A stretch of 64,000 nucleotides of DNA from Microbotryum violaceum (lineage: Eukaryota), in the NCBI GenBank assembly GCA_001244265.2, contig LN717261.1, positions 186,001 to 250,000 of the forward strand, written 5' to 3'. Within the stretch, counting starts at the first letter, position 1, and each line of letters begins with the position of its first letter. This document shows, one piece after another, positions 1 through 10,936 of the stretch. Below the pieces are notes generated by a model. That model was not told the DNA's origin. It saw nothing but the letters and a program-made list of their open reading frames with translations, and did not search any database. A program made the translations under genes and the position numbers.

Positions 1-553
1 GACGAAAGGCAAGGGCTCATAAGACCCGAGGCCGCATAAAGCCGCGCGCGCATCACGTTGGAACACGGACCAGGAATAGCTCCGAGGTTGTAATACCAAT
101 TCGCGCTGTTTAAGCACGGCTTTGGCAACCCGAATCGACGGCGCCAGGCGGCGCGCATCCTCGCGCATCCTCGCGCATCTCGCTTGCAGATGAATACCCC
201 AGGCTTGCCTTTATGGTTGCACCGCAACCCCTTGATGCGTTCCCGCGTGCTGCACAGCTGCCGGTTGCTTGCCTCCACTCTGGCCCATCGCTCGGACGAC
301 TATGGCGCCCTAGGCACGTCTCACTCTACAATCGACACTCACCTCCATCCTTGCAGATCGAGTCGAGCATCAATTACGAGGCTATCCTACTAGCAACTCA
401 CTCCATCGCCGCGACCAGTCTCGAGTGTCTGTTCGCCCCGCTCACGTTACCGAATCGGGTCACCACGACCGGCGGCGTGAGGTGGGGTCGACCACCGCAC
501 GCATTCCTCCGCCTTGCCCCGAGGCAGGCACGCCGCCAGTCCCACTCGAAAAG

Positions 554-3359
554 ATGCAAGTGCGACTAGGTCCGGGAATGAACGGCATCATGGGTGCAGG
601 AGGGGGTCTCCACCCTTCCTCACCGCAGGCGCAGCCGGGAATGCTCGGAAGACCGCCTTCGACTCGGCCACCCCCAGGTCCTCCCTCGTCGAGCAACGGC
701 GCCTTTTCGATCCCACCCTCCCACCCACAGCACCCTCAACATCCTCAACACCACCAATGGGTCCTGCACCAGCACCAGCAGATGCAACACCAACATGACC
801 AGCAGCAGATGCAATTGCAGCAGCAGCAACAGCAGCTCCACCGGCAGCAACAGACGCAGCAGCAGCAACAACAGCAAGAACAGAACGGGCCCGGTCCGCC
901 TTCGATGGAGCTCTTGAGACAGCAACAACAGTCCCAGCTCGGGTACGGCATGCCACCTTCATTGCCTTCATCTTCGCACCCTCAGCTCGTCGCGTCGACT
1001 TCGGCGCAACCCACAACGATGGCGATGCAGCGGCAACAGCAGCAACAACAACAGTCGCATCAAGTCCCACCGGGAATGCTCCTCATGACCAACGGCGAGA
1101 TGAGATCGATCGAAATGCGCATCAACGCGAGCGGGTTGTCCGACTCGAAGTCGAACGGCAACAGCATACACTCGCCCCGCGGTGGCCGCCCAGGTTCGGC
1201 GATACCAACAGCAGGGTCGAGGCAGATGGGGGGTGTTTCGTCCTCGCCTTCACCGTTCGGGACACCGCCCGTTCAAGCTCCAACGCCAATCCACTTTCGA
1301 CAACCTTCGGGCTTGCAGCAACAGCAAGCACCAGGACTCGCCAACTCGCATGTGGGACCGCACCCGACCCCGCCTACTCGACCTATGTCGATCGCTCCTC
1401 CTGGCCCGCCCGGGCCATCGCTTGCCATGGTCGGGCCGGGATCAGTTCCCGGTGCGGGTGTAGGGCCTCAGTTGCTGTACCGACCAAGTGGTCCGGGCGG
1501 TCCACCGCAGCTTCAAACGCCGATGCGGAGAGATCTGATGCTGGCCGCTCAGCTGGCAGCTATGGCGTAAGTGCTCGAATCGCAAGCGTTCGACTCTTTA
1601 CCGATGCTCATATCGTTTTCAATCCTGCAGAGCCGGCCTCATTACAGCGACACCAACATCAGTCGGGCCTTGTCTGTCGAGGTTAACCGCTTTCAACGAG
1701 AGTCTCGCTTTAGCACTAGAAGATGCAAGTCACATATATTCGCGGTTTAGGACAGGGGCTAGCTCGGTCGATAATCTGACAATTCTCCCGACTCGTATTG
1801 CTTTTGCACAGACCGACATTCTCGATTCTCTACGGACACTGGTCGCGGACTACTTCACCGACTCGGGTCTGATCAAATTCGGGCTGTTCGATCGTACAGC
1901 GCAGCTGCACAAGATCTTTGGTACGTGCATGATTTACATTCATCGCACGAGTACCTAAACCCTTGTTCCTTCATCAATAGAAATTCCATGTTCCGCCTTC
2001 CCCCGCTTCCAACACCTTAATACCCTGTGCGGCGTCCTCCTCACATCAGTCCAGCCATCGTTCGTGCGAGAATTCTTCCTCTCCGCACACCACCCCGTCA
2101 CAGGACAACCGGTCCATGTCGGCTATCTGCTCCGCGCCGACGAAGCCGTCTGGTCATCCCGGTACTCAAACGGGACCAAAGTCGAATTGAATGGGACGCT
2201 CACTGTACACTTCGTCGTAGTCCCCCACACCGCAACGGGTCCTGGGGGAAGCGCGACGGGTAGCTCAATCAGTGGTAGTGCTGGTGGTGGTGCCGGTGCG
2301 GGATCGTTGAGGATCGAATCGATGGATTTCGAGTCGCGCGGTCATGAAGAATGGGTCGTCAAGGATTCGGTCGTCGATGAGTTGATCGAGACGTTTTACG
2401 ACGTCGATGGGGAAGGTGGTGGAATCTCGCAATATCTCAAGGAGGAGGAGGCACGGACGACGGCGCAGTCGAGAAGGTCGAGTGGGTTGATGACGACTCG
2501 ACGGAAATCGACCAATAAGGATGAGGCAGCGAATGGCAAAAACGCGTCGATGGGTGGACCTCAGTCGACAAAAGGTCACGTCCTAAAACCTTCGACGATC
2601 GAATGGAACGAGGAAAAGCGTCCGCCAGGTCTGCAAACCAAGTTTAGGAAGACGAGCCATTCACCGAGTGCAGGGGTGGGTTCGTTCGGTATCACCGAGA
2701 TGGGGATGCGGTGCCTCGAAATCGCCGAGAGCGTCGCGAGTTTACAGGAGGTAGTCACGCATTCGTTGAGGAATGGGGTCGGGCCTTTGCAGAGTTTGGC
2801 GACGTTGGCGAACGAACACCGGAGGAGAACGTCGATGAATGTCCCGCCTGGTGGTGGAAAACTGAATGGAACGGGTCCTGGGAGAGTGTCGGGGTTCCGC
2901 ACGCAGGCGGGTTCGCTCCCGCCCCCCGGGTCGATCGCGCAGACGTTCCAGAACCCTCTGCACAACTCATTCTACATGACCGCGCCTATCAACCCTTCCG
3001 CGTTCCCGACCAACTCCCCCGTTTCCGCCACACCGACATCGAAGGCCCCGACACCCGCAGCTACCGTATCAACAGCTCCCCCGTCCACCACCTCAGGAAC
3101 AGCCGCCTCGGTAACCAACTCCAATGTCGTCGGCGCCAACGGCACCTCCCCAGCAGCGAGTAATCTCGCAAACGGTATCGGCGGCGTCAACAAGCGAAAA
3201 GCCACCGGTGTCAGTGCGACCAACTTTAAAGCCTTAGCCGCCGTCGCCGACACGTCCTCGAATGACAATTCGTCTGACGAGTCATCGGCACCAAGTACGG
3301 CCGCGAAACCGACGGGTGGTGGGAAGACGCGGGGTTCGAGAGCGGCAAGGAATAAGTAA
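554..3359 (+). CDS. Q/P-rich transcriptional co-regulator with LIM-domain-binding (LDB/SEUSS; Mfg1/Adn1/PtaB-like) domain, 4 exons
   Basis: ATG at 554; introns 1567-1630 (GT-AG), 1725-1811 (GC-AG) and 1921-1980 (GT-AG) join into one frame. PolyQ N-terminus; motifs 'EIPCSAFPRF' and 'FGITEMGMRCLEIAESVASLQEV' resemble fungal LIM_bind proteins. Confidence 0.72.
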
Positions 3360-3787
3360 ATCCATACGGGAAGGGAAAGAGGAGTTTGTTGCACACATTT
3401 CCAGGTTCTGTTGGATCTTCTCCACATCTGTGTTTGTCCTCTTGTTTGAAGCAACCATAATTCGTACTACCTCTTCTTGCTACCGATCACACCCTCGCTA
3501 CTACTTCTTTATTGGCCCCCCACTGCCCGCCTTCGATTCGCCTTGATTCTTGACAAAAGAAAGCATCCTCAATGTGTTGATAGTTTTAGCTGGTTGTAAT
3601 GGTCACCTCGAGCTCACGATAACGCTCGCTCAGAGACCGAAAAGGTAGGCTGAAATGCATTTCTCAATTTCTTGAACAAAAAGAGCGATATCTACAAAAG
3701 GAGAGCGGAGGGTGTTGACGCGAGAGGTGAAAAAAGACTCAAAACACAGAGAGACTCGGATCCCGGATCACGTTTCACTACATCCGA

Positions 3788-5703
3788 TTACTTGAAGTTG
3801 ACCGAGCCGCGGAAGCGGCGGGCCTCTGAAGCAGGGGCGACCTTGAGGGGTGCGACGGCGGGAACGTTCAACGCCTTGGCGACGCGAGCACCGAGGTCCT
3901 CGTCGACCCTCGCGAAGCAAGCGAGAACGCCGTCGCGGATTGACTCGGACTTGATGCCGCCCATGTGACCCGAGACGTTGTGGATGAAACGCTCTTTGGC
4001 GCTGTCGTCGAAGACGCACTGCCACAACGCGCGCGGCTGCACAAAGTCGAGCTCTGTTACGACGCTCAGGTCCTGCACGGCACCGCCGAGGAACTGCTCG
4101 TGCTCGGCCGTGTTGTAGAGCCGAGGCTTGTACGACAATGGCTGAATCGATGATTGGTAGTTGGGTCGAGCACCTTGGTTATAGAAAGCCATGGCCCCGT
4201 CACGCTGGAAGTTGGCGGGCAAGTGCAAGGGTGCGTTGACGGGCAACTGGGCGTAGTTGACACCGAGGCGGTGGCGGTGGGTGTCGGGGTACGAGAAGAG
4301 ACGCGATTGCAAGACGGGGTCAGGCGAAGGCTCAATACCGGAGACCAAGTGCGACGGCGAGAAAGCAATCTGCTCGATCTCAGCAAAATAGTTTTGCGGA
4401 TTCTCGTTGAGCGTGAGCTTGCCGACCTCGCGAAGAGGGTAATCCTTGTGGGGCCAGATCTTCGTCAAATCGAGGATGTTATGCTCGAACTCTTGGGCCT
4501 GCTTGGCCGTCATGGTCTGGACGTGAAGGGTCCACGAAGGGAAGTCTCCCTTTTCGATCGCTTCGAACAGGTCCTGCGTGGCGTAGTCGGGGTTCTCACC
4601 GGCGAGCTTGACGGATTGCTCCTGGGTCAAGAATTTGCGCGGCTGGTCGCATCGCCAGTGAAACTGGGCGTAGACGAAGTCGCCGTTCTTGTTGACGAGC
4701 TTGTGAGTGTGGCCGGAGTAGCCGTGCATGTGTCGGAACCCATCGGGAACACCTCGGTCACCGAAAAGGATCATGACCTGATGGAAACTCTCGGGGTTCT
4801 GCGCAAGGTAGTCCCAGAACATGTCCGCGTCCTTCAGGTGGGTCTGCGGGTCGCGCTTTTGGGTGTGGATGAAGTGAGGAAACTTGGCCGGGTCACGCAA
4901 GAAAAAGACGGGAGTGTTGTTGTAGACGTGGTCCCAGTTGCCCTCCTCTGTGCGGAGCTTGATGGAGAAACCACGGGGGTCACGAGCGGTGTCGGGCGAT
5001 CCGGACTCGCCACCGACGGTCGAAAAGCGCGCGGTGGCGCGAACCTTGGTGCCAACCTTCTCGAAGACTTGAGCGCAAGTCAAGTCCGAGATGTCGTGGG
5101 TGACCTGTAACGTTGAGCGATCATTCCCAAGAGGTCAGATCGGAGGTCCAACCGCAGAGATCGGTGAAAAAAGATCATTGCGGACATAGTAGTCAGACGT
5201 ACGATAAATTCACCATGAGCTCCACTACCCTTGGCGTGGACGACGCGCTCGGGGATACGCTCTCGGTCAAAGTGAGCGAGGCTGCGGGCAAAAAAAAAAA
5301 CGGGGGGGGGGGGACAGAGCGAGCATGAGCGTCCGATCGGCGATAGGGGAGTGCTGCGATCGGCGAAGAGCCAACTCGCTTCGGGCTCGCTGATGGTGTG
5401 CGCGCGCGCGCAAGAGTGATGTCAAAGAAGGGTACTCACAGATCGATGTGGTGAAAGTCCTGCAGCAAAAGAGGGCCGTTGGTACCGGCACGTTCGGCGG
5501 CGTAGGGCTCGTTGACGGGGGCACCCTGCGAAGTGGTGTAGGTAGCACCATCGGGCTGGGAGAGCAGACCGGCAAGCGTTGACCGCGAGCGATGACGACA
5601 GTGGCGGCGAGCGGGCATCAAGTCAGCACGGAGCGCCACAAGCGGTAGGGAGAAGGCAACGATCACGGCAACTCACCTGGTTGCGGACTTGAGAAGAAGG
5701 CAT
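3788..5703 (-). CDS. Monofunctional heme catalase (small subunit), multi-exon
   Basis: Motifs '[13 protein letters not shown]', 'ERVVHAKG', '[21 protein letters not shown]', '[11 protein letters not shown]' and '[14 protein letters not shown]'; ATG at 5703 with short 5' exons. Confidence 0.96.
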
Positions 5704-6450
5704 ATTGGTGAAAAGTGTAGGTTGTAGTTTGCGTACTGGGAGACTTAACTACGAGTGTGGGGAGAAGGAAAAGCGAGAGATGGGTAGGCAACACGGTCAG
5801 AAAGGGATGGTAAGTGGAGGGAAGTGAGCATTAGTAATAGTCAAAGTCGAGGTCGAGGCGCGCCAACCAGCGTCTGCCCATTTAGCTTGTCGATCGCGGG
5901 AAGGGGTGACGTCGACGACTAGACGAATTGACGACAACGTGCAGTGTGTGCTGGCCCATCAACCACTCGATAAACACACATGAGACAGTACCGGTGTACA
6001 TATTCATGAACATGGACCAGTCGCTAGAGCGTCCACGCCACCTCGGCACGATTGCCTCACAGCGGTTCACAGTGCGACCTCCGTTCGGTTTCCCCACATT
6101 CCATCATGCTATAGGAAGCACGGATCGCCATCGGCAAAGGATCCGATGCATCGCATGGCGCAAAGAGTAGCACCTCAAAGCAGAGCCACGCACACTAAAC
6201 GTCGTCAAGATACAACAGGGTGCGATTGAAATCAACTTACTTTGATAGATCACGATTCAGTGGTTGAGGTTTTGGTGAGGTGGGGATCGAAGCCGAAAAA
6301 TCGAGGCCATCGGAGCGGACATGCGGACACGCGAACATGGGCTGAGGCCGGGCGCTTGGTCGCTCGTCGAGCGTCTCGTGTCGGCCAAGTAATACGACGA
6401 ACAGTCTCCGACTGAACGACGTTTGTGCCGATATCTATGAACATAATTAA

Positions 6451-6456
6451 TATAAA
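6451..6456 (+). promoter_or_regulatory. TATAAA box upstream of the structured non-coding region
   Basis: AT-rich island 'ATAATTAATATAAAATAAA' in otherwise GC-rich DNA. It could alternatively be a 3'-end processing signal. Confidence 0.35.
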
Positions 6457-6479
6457 ATAAATGGCTTTGGTTTGGGCTT

Positions 6480-8150
6480 GGGGGCGAATTCGCTCACGAC
6501 ACGGCCCCGCGAAGAAACCGGCGGGGCAACGCAAGCAAGGGGAGGCAAACCGGGGAGGCGGGCGGGAAAGCAAAAATTTATGGAGTTTCGAGCGAGCAAC
6601 AAGCGATGTTGCGAGCGAGAACAGTTGGTTATAGTAAGAGGGAGTGATTCATACCGCACTAGCCTTTCGACTCGCTCGGCGCGCGGGGTGGCCTTTGGCA
6701 ACGGCTTGCTCGGAACTTCGAAACCTTTGATTTCCACGTCTTTCCAACTACCCTACTCCCTCCACAGGGTTCTTTCCAACTCGAACAGGTTTTTCACAGG
6801 CAGTGACTCTCTCCAGAACCCTATCATGATGTCAGACATCAATTCCGGTGGCGGCGGGAACAGCGGTCCTCCCCAGTGGTGCTGGCGGTGCTGGTGCGCC
6901 TGATGCGGGTGCAAAAAGCCTTTTCTGGCAACGCGTCTGGTGCATATTAGAACCTATAGTGGCCTCGTTCGGTCGCGAACTCGGACGAGACGGTGATTGT
7001 CGAGCCCAGGCTTAGGATCGAGACCCGAACCGCATAGGATCGGGACGTGGAGACGGTGTACGAATCGAAGGATTTCTTACGGGAGTCCGATACCCCGACC
7101 TAGGAACCCCTGGAGTCCTTCAATTCGGACACTGTCCGTCACCATCTCCCGATCCCATGCGATTTTGTTTTCGGCGTTCAACGTCCGAGTTGTTTGACAT
7201 CGCGTCCAACGCGGCCAAACCGCATAAGTCCGTTCACGCCTGGGGCGGGGCGAGCATCAAAATGAAGCTGGGTCGGACCGTCTCCTTCGGCACGACCAAG
7301 GACCGCTCGGCTAATTTCCAACTAGGTCACCAGCTCGATCACTTGCTCACGTCCGACGAATGTCACCCGGCCTTGTTCCTGTACGCCACGCCGATGGCTA
7401 ACATCTTCAAGAGAAGCCCAACGCGGCGGCGGGTATAGCGTTTCTTCAACACTTTGCCCTAGAAACGCTTTTCCCCGAGTCGCCATGCGCGCTAGGTCGA
7501 AGACCTGACCCTTGTGGCTTGAATACCACATGGCCGTAAGAGTGAACTTCTGGACTCATCTGACGGGGTCATTTATTGATTAGGAGTTCAACAGCATCAC
7601 CAACGTCCAACTTGAACGTCGATGTTTCGGACTTCAACTCGGAGGACATGATCACAGCCGAAACACCGACCGATGCCGTGGTCCGATCGGAGACCATTCG
7701 AATATACGGCGAGTGCTTTCTCACTATCAACGAAGCTGTGGAGCTCTTCCAAAACCAAGACCAAGGCGATGATGGCCTTGATGGAAGAGAAGAAGAAGGG
7801 TATCTTCCCCACTGAATTTCACTACCCATGCCGACGCCGATCTTTTTTCTCTTCTCTTCCATCAAGGCCACGATCGCCTCGACCCCGGCTATGGAAAAAT
7901 TCCACAGCTTGGTTGATCGTGAGAAGCACTCGCCGTGTCCAAATGGTCTCCGGTGGGATGACAGCATCGGTGTTCGGCTGTGCTCATTTCCTCCGGGTTG
8001 AGGTCCTACATGAATGGCGTCTAACAGCATCACCGTCGTCGATTCATAGCTCGGAAACGGCGGACGGTCGATCCTCTCGGTCCAAAAAACTATTCGGTCA
8101 AAGCTTGGCGTAGAGCGCAGCTTGGAGAACCTCATCCACCTCCGGAGCGG
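6480..8150 (+). ncRNA. Candidate long structured ncRNA, possibly telomerase RNA; ends and strand approximate
   Basis: No convincing ORF. Several long imperfect hairpins (6564-6745, 6978-7191, 7243-7354, 7437-7469, 7617-8020), a template-like ACTACCCTACT at 6747-6757, a potential pseudoknot at 6766-6921 and a P6.1-like hairpin at ~7539-7551. Confidence 0.45.
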
Positions 8151-8396
8151 TCTCTATACTCTATACTAGTATAGGAGGGACTAGTAATACAACGGATGAA
8201 CAGGTGAATTTTTACAGTAGAATGCGAGCTATGTACACATGCACGAGTGTGCTTTACTGGGGACAACATGCATATGCGAAGAAACGAGAGAAAAAACGAC
8301 AAGAACCTCAAACTTTGCTCAGCCACGACTCCTCACCCAACCTTGACGACCGCCCAGGCCGATGTTCATAGTCGAACGAACTTGATTCGGTCCGAT

Positions 8397-10511
8397 TCAA
8401 GCTTCTGCCGCCCTCCCTAACTGATCTTCCTGGGCCCGTCGCTGGCTCTCTTCTCGCTTGCGCCGCCCTTCCTCCGAGACTGGGGTCGAACAGACCGGAC
8501 ACTGCGAGGAAATTCGGACTGTCTCAGCTAATCACTCTTGGACCCGAGTTCTGTCCAACTTTACTCGGATGACTCACCCTTCCAGAAGTTGCCAGCCAAG
8601 TCTCGGTGCAATAAACATGGAAACAATGACCGCAAGGCAACAGATGCAACAACTCGGGCTCCCAATCCGCGATCGACTCCCCTCTCGCAGGCGGTAGCTC
8701 GTACTCGCCCAGACAGATTGAACAAGCCGATTGAGATGGTTCGACAAGGATTCCAGGGACAGGAAGGTCGACAAAGTCGGAAGAGGTCGCGTCGGATGTT
8801 GAAAGTCCTTGGGGAAGGGTCCTCTTGCGAGCCGAACGCCACAGTAAGTGCAAGCGACGGGGCCGGCCTTGCTTCGAAGGAGCCGGCGAGGGCGGCACAG
8901 AAGAGTCGACCTTCGTGTTTGGTGGAAGGTTGGTTTGAATGGGTGGAGAAAGCGGCGTGGGTCCCGATGTTGTCGCTTCGCCTTCGCAAGCTGCTGCTGC
9001 TTCCGACGGCCCAGCAGTGGTAGCTTCGGATTTCGTCCCACTGGATCGGTGGAGAGGAGAGGGTTAGCACCGAGTGTTGAGCGTGGGATAGCCCCAACGG
9101 AGCTCACATGAAGATGCGCTTGGGCAATTTTGCGATCTCTTTCTTGGATATGGGCCCAATCTCGTTCTGAGCAGGTGCCATATAGCTTCCTAGGTTGTAC
9201 TGCGGATGACGGGGGTTTGGGGGGAGGGGGCACGGTCAGCCCAGCATCTAAGCAAGCATCTCGGATGTGTGCTCACCAGTGCAAAGGGGAGGTACAGCAT
9301 CACGACGAGGATGACCGCAAACGCCTCAAACATGCTCAGGTAGCTGATGATTAACGCCGCAACACTCGCCTTCCACAGCATCGGCGCCGTGGGTCGACAC
9401 TGGGAGGCGCCAAAAACCCAAACGTTGCCGATCACGAACAGGACGAGCGAGTAGAGCCAGACGAGATCCTTGACCCGCTTGACGCGACGATCGAGCGCGG
9501 GTGATCCTACCATTCGGGTGGCTTCGCGTTGGGCGATGACTTGCTCCGAGTCGCTGGACATGCGGACTGGTGGGGTGACAGCTCTGTAGAATGCGACTAT
9601 GGTGGAGGAAGGGCACTTGCTCAGCGTGGCGGAACTGATCGTTAGGAGTCAGCACTTACATGGGAATTGAACTGCAAGTTTGATGATGATGAGAATGAGG
9701 TAGACTCGTAGAGGCTTGACGCATGTGCTGTGCGTTGTCTTGGCCAGTACGACGCTCCACGCGATGATCTGAGTGACGTTAGCCGAGAATCGTTGTCAGC
9801 TTTTCGGGCCCCACATGCCAGCCTCGGCTCTCTCTGAGAGCCGAATGGACTCACCTGCGCGACCCCTATGACCGTCGTGACGATAAGTCGATCTCGACCT
9901 GCTTTTCCTGCAACGACTTGAAGTCAGCTTTTGACATTCAACACCTGATGGCCATGCCGAGTCGACTGACCCTGGGCTAAACTGGCAATGACTCTCCCCG
10001 CAAGCGACAAGCGGATTTGCAATGCATCCGTGACCATACCCGAGCCAGCTTGTCCTGGTATCTCGACGTTGATGTTGTCATTTTCAGTGCTTGCATTGGG
10101 TGGATAGGTCGTTGTGTCACGGTGTAGTTCAGCTTCGGCTTCGGCTTCGGCTTCGGCTTGACGGCGACGCTTGATCCGGTCTAGGATCGCTACGAGATCG
10201 ACTTGATCATCCGGAGATACAGGGTTGGGTGGTGGCTGATCATGTAGCATTGTTGAACCTGCTTCGATGAGGAATGGGGAGTCGATGTGGTCGATAGTGA
10301 GCGGTACAACCTCGGCTGGGGGGGCTGACGACGACGAGGTGGGCGCTGACGCTGACGAGGGCGCCGAGTGCTCAGCGGGTGATGTCGGTGATGCCGGTGA
10401 TGAGCGAAGGTCAAAGGCAGACTCGTGTGCGGACTCGGACGCTTTCATGGCTACGCAGGGCGTTGTCGATGCTTGGGTCAAGTCTGGGTCTTGTGCGTCT
10501 GCTGGTGACAT
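8397..10511 (-). CDS. Transmembrane RING-H2 E3 ubiquitin ligase, multi-exon
   Basis: TM segments 'WLYSLVLFVIGNVWVFG...LWKASVAALIISYL'. RING-H2 'CSICLGEYE...LLPCGHCFHVYCTETWLATSGR|CPVC' is completed across intron 8502-8577; stop at 8397-8399. Confidence 0.85.
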
Positions 10512-10535
10512 GGTTGCCGACACGAGTCACGCTGC

Positions 10536-10572
10536 CACACTGTCACACTGTCACACTGTCACACTGTCACAC
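10536..10572. repeat. (CACACTGT)x4.5 tandem repeat just upstream of the RING gene ATG
   Basis: Directly visible perfect 8-bp repeat. Confidence 0.9.
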
Positions 10573-10936
10573 GACCCACAACAGCTCCGTTGCTCGCTCT
10601 AGGTGGTGGGGCGGTGTTCAACCCGTACTCGATCAAGCCGCGGCCAAGAGCCACGTCCGAGCTAGTCAGCGAGATCGCAAGATCGGGACGTCGGATAAAA
10701 GGCTCAGCGAAATGCGACATTTTGTTTTTGTGAGGGTGTATTTGCGAGATGCCTTAATTAGTATATTCGCGTGCTCGAAAATAGTCCGCAGATCGGATCA
10801 GGTCATCGAGAACATGCCAGAAAGGAGGCTCGTGCTGCCAGTCGACTCTGCCAGGAACGGGTCTCCTCTTCCCGGTCGTCGCCGTCATCAGCAGACGGGT
10901 CATCCCGGCCTCTCAATCCCGCAGTACCATCCAACC

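Noticed and set aside
4154-5110. 318-aa + strand ORF, and similar long antisense ORFs over the kinesin and copia genes
   Set aside because: Antisense shadows of GC3-rich coding sequence with no independent motifs.
5290-5313. A/G homopolymer runs in a catalase intron, and poly-T at 53041-53061
   Set aside because: Simple slippage tracts with no sign of retroposition.
7322-8135. ORFs within the structured region (e.g. 7569-8135, 7576-7815)
   Set aside because: No recognisable domain; their mutual similarity is explained by the inverted repeat.
6480-8150. Spliceosomal snRNA, RNase P/MRP or canonical TTAGGG-template identity
   Set aside because: I found no U1/U2/U4/U5/U6 signature, no convincing P4 motifs and no CTAACCCTAA on either strand by eye.
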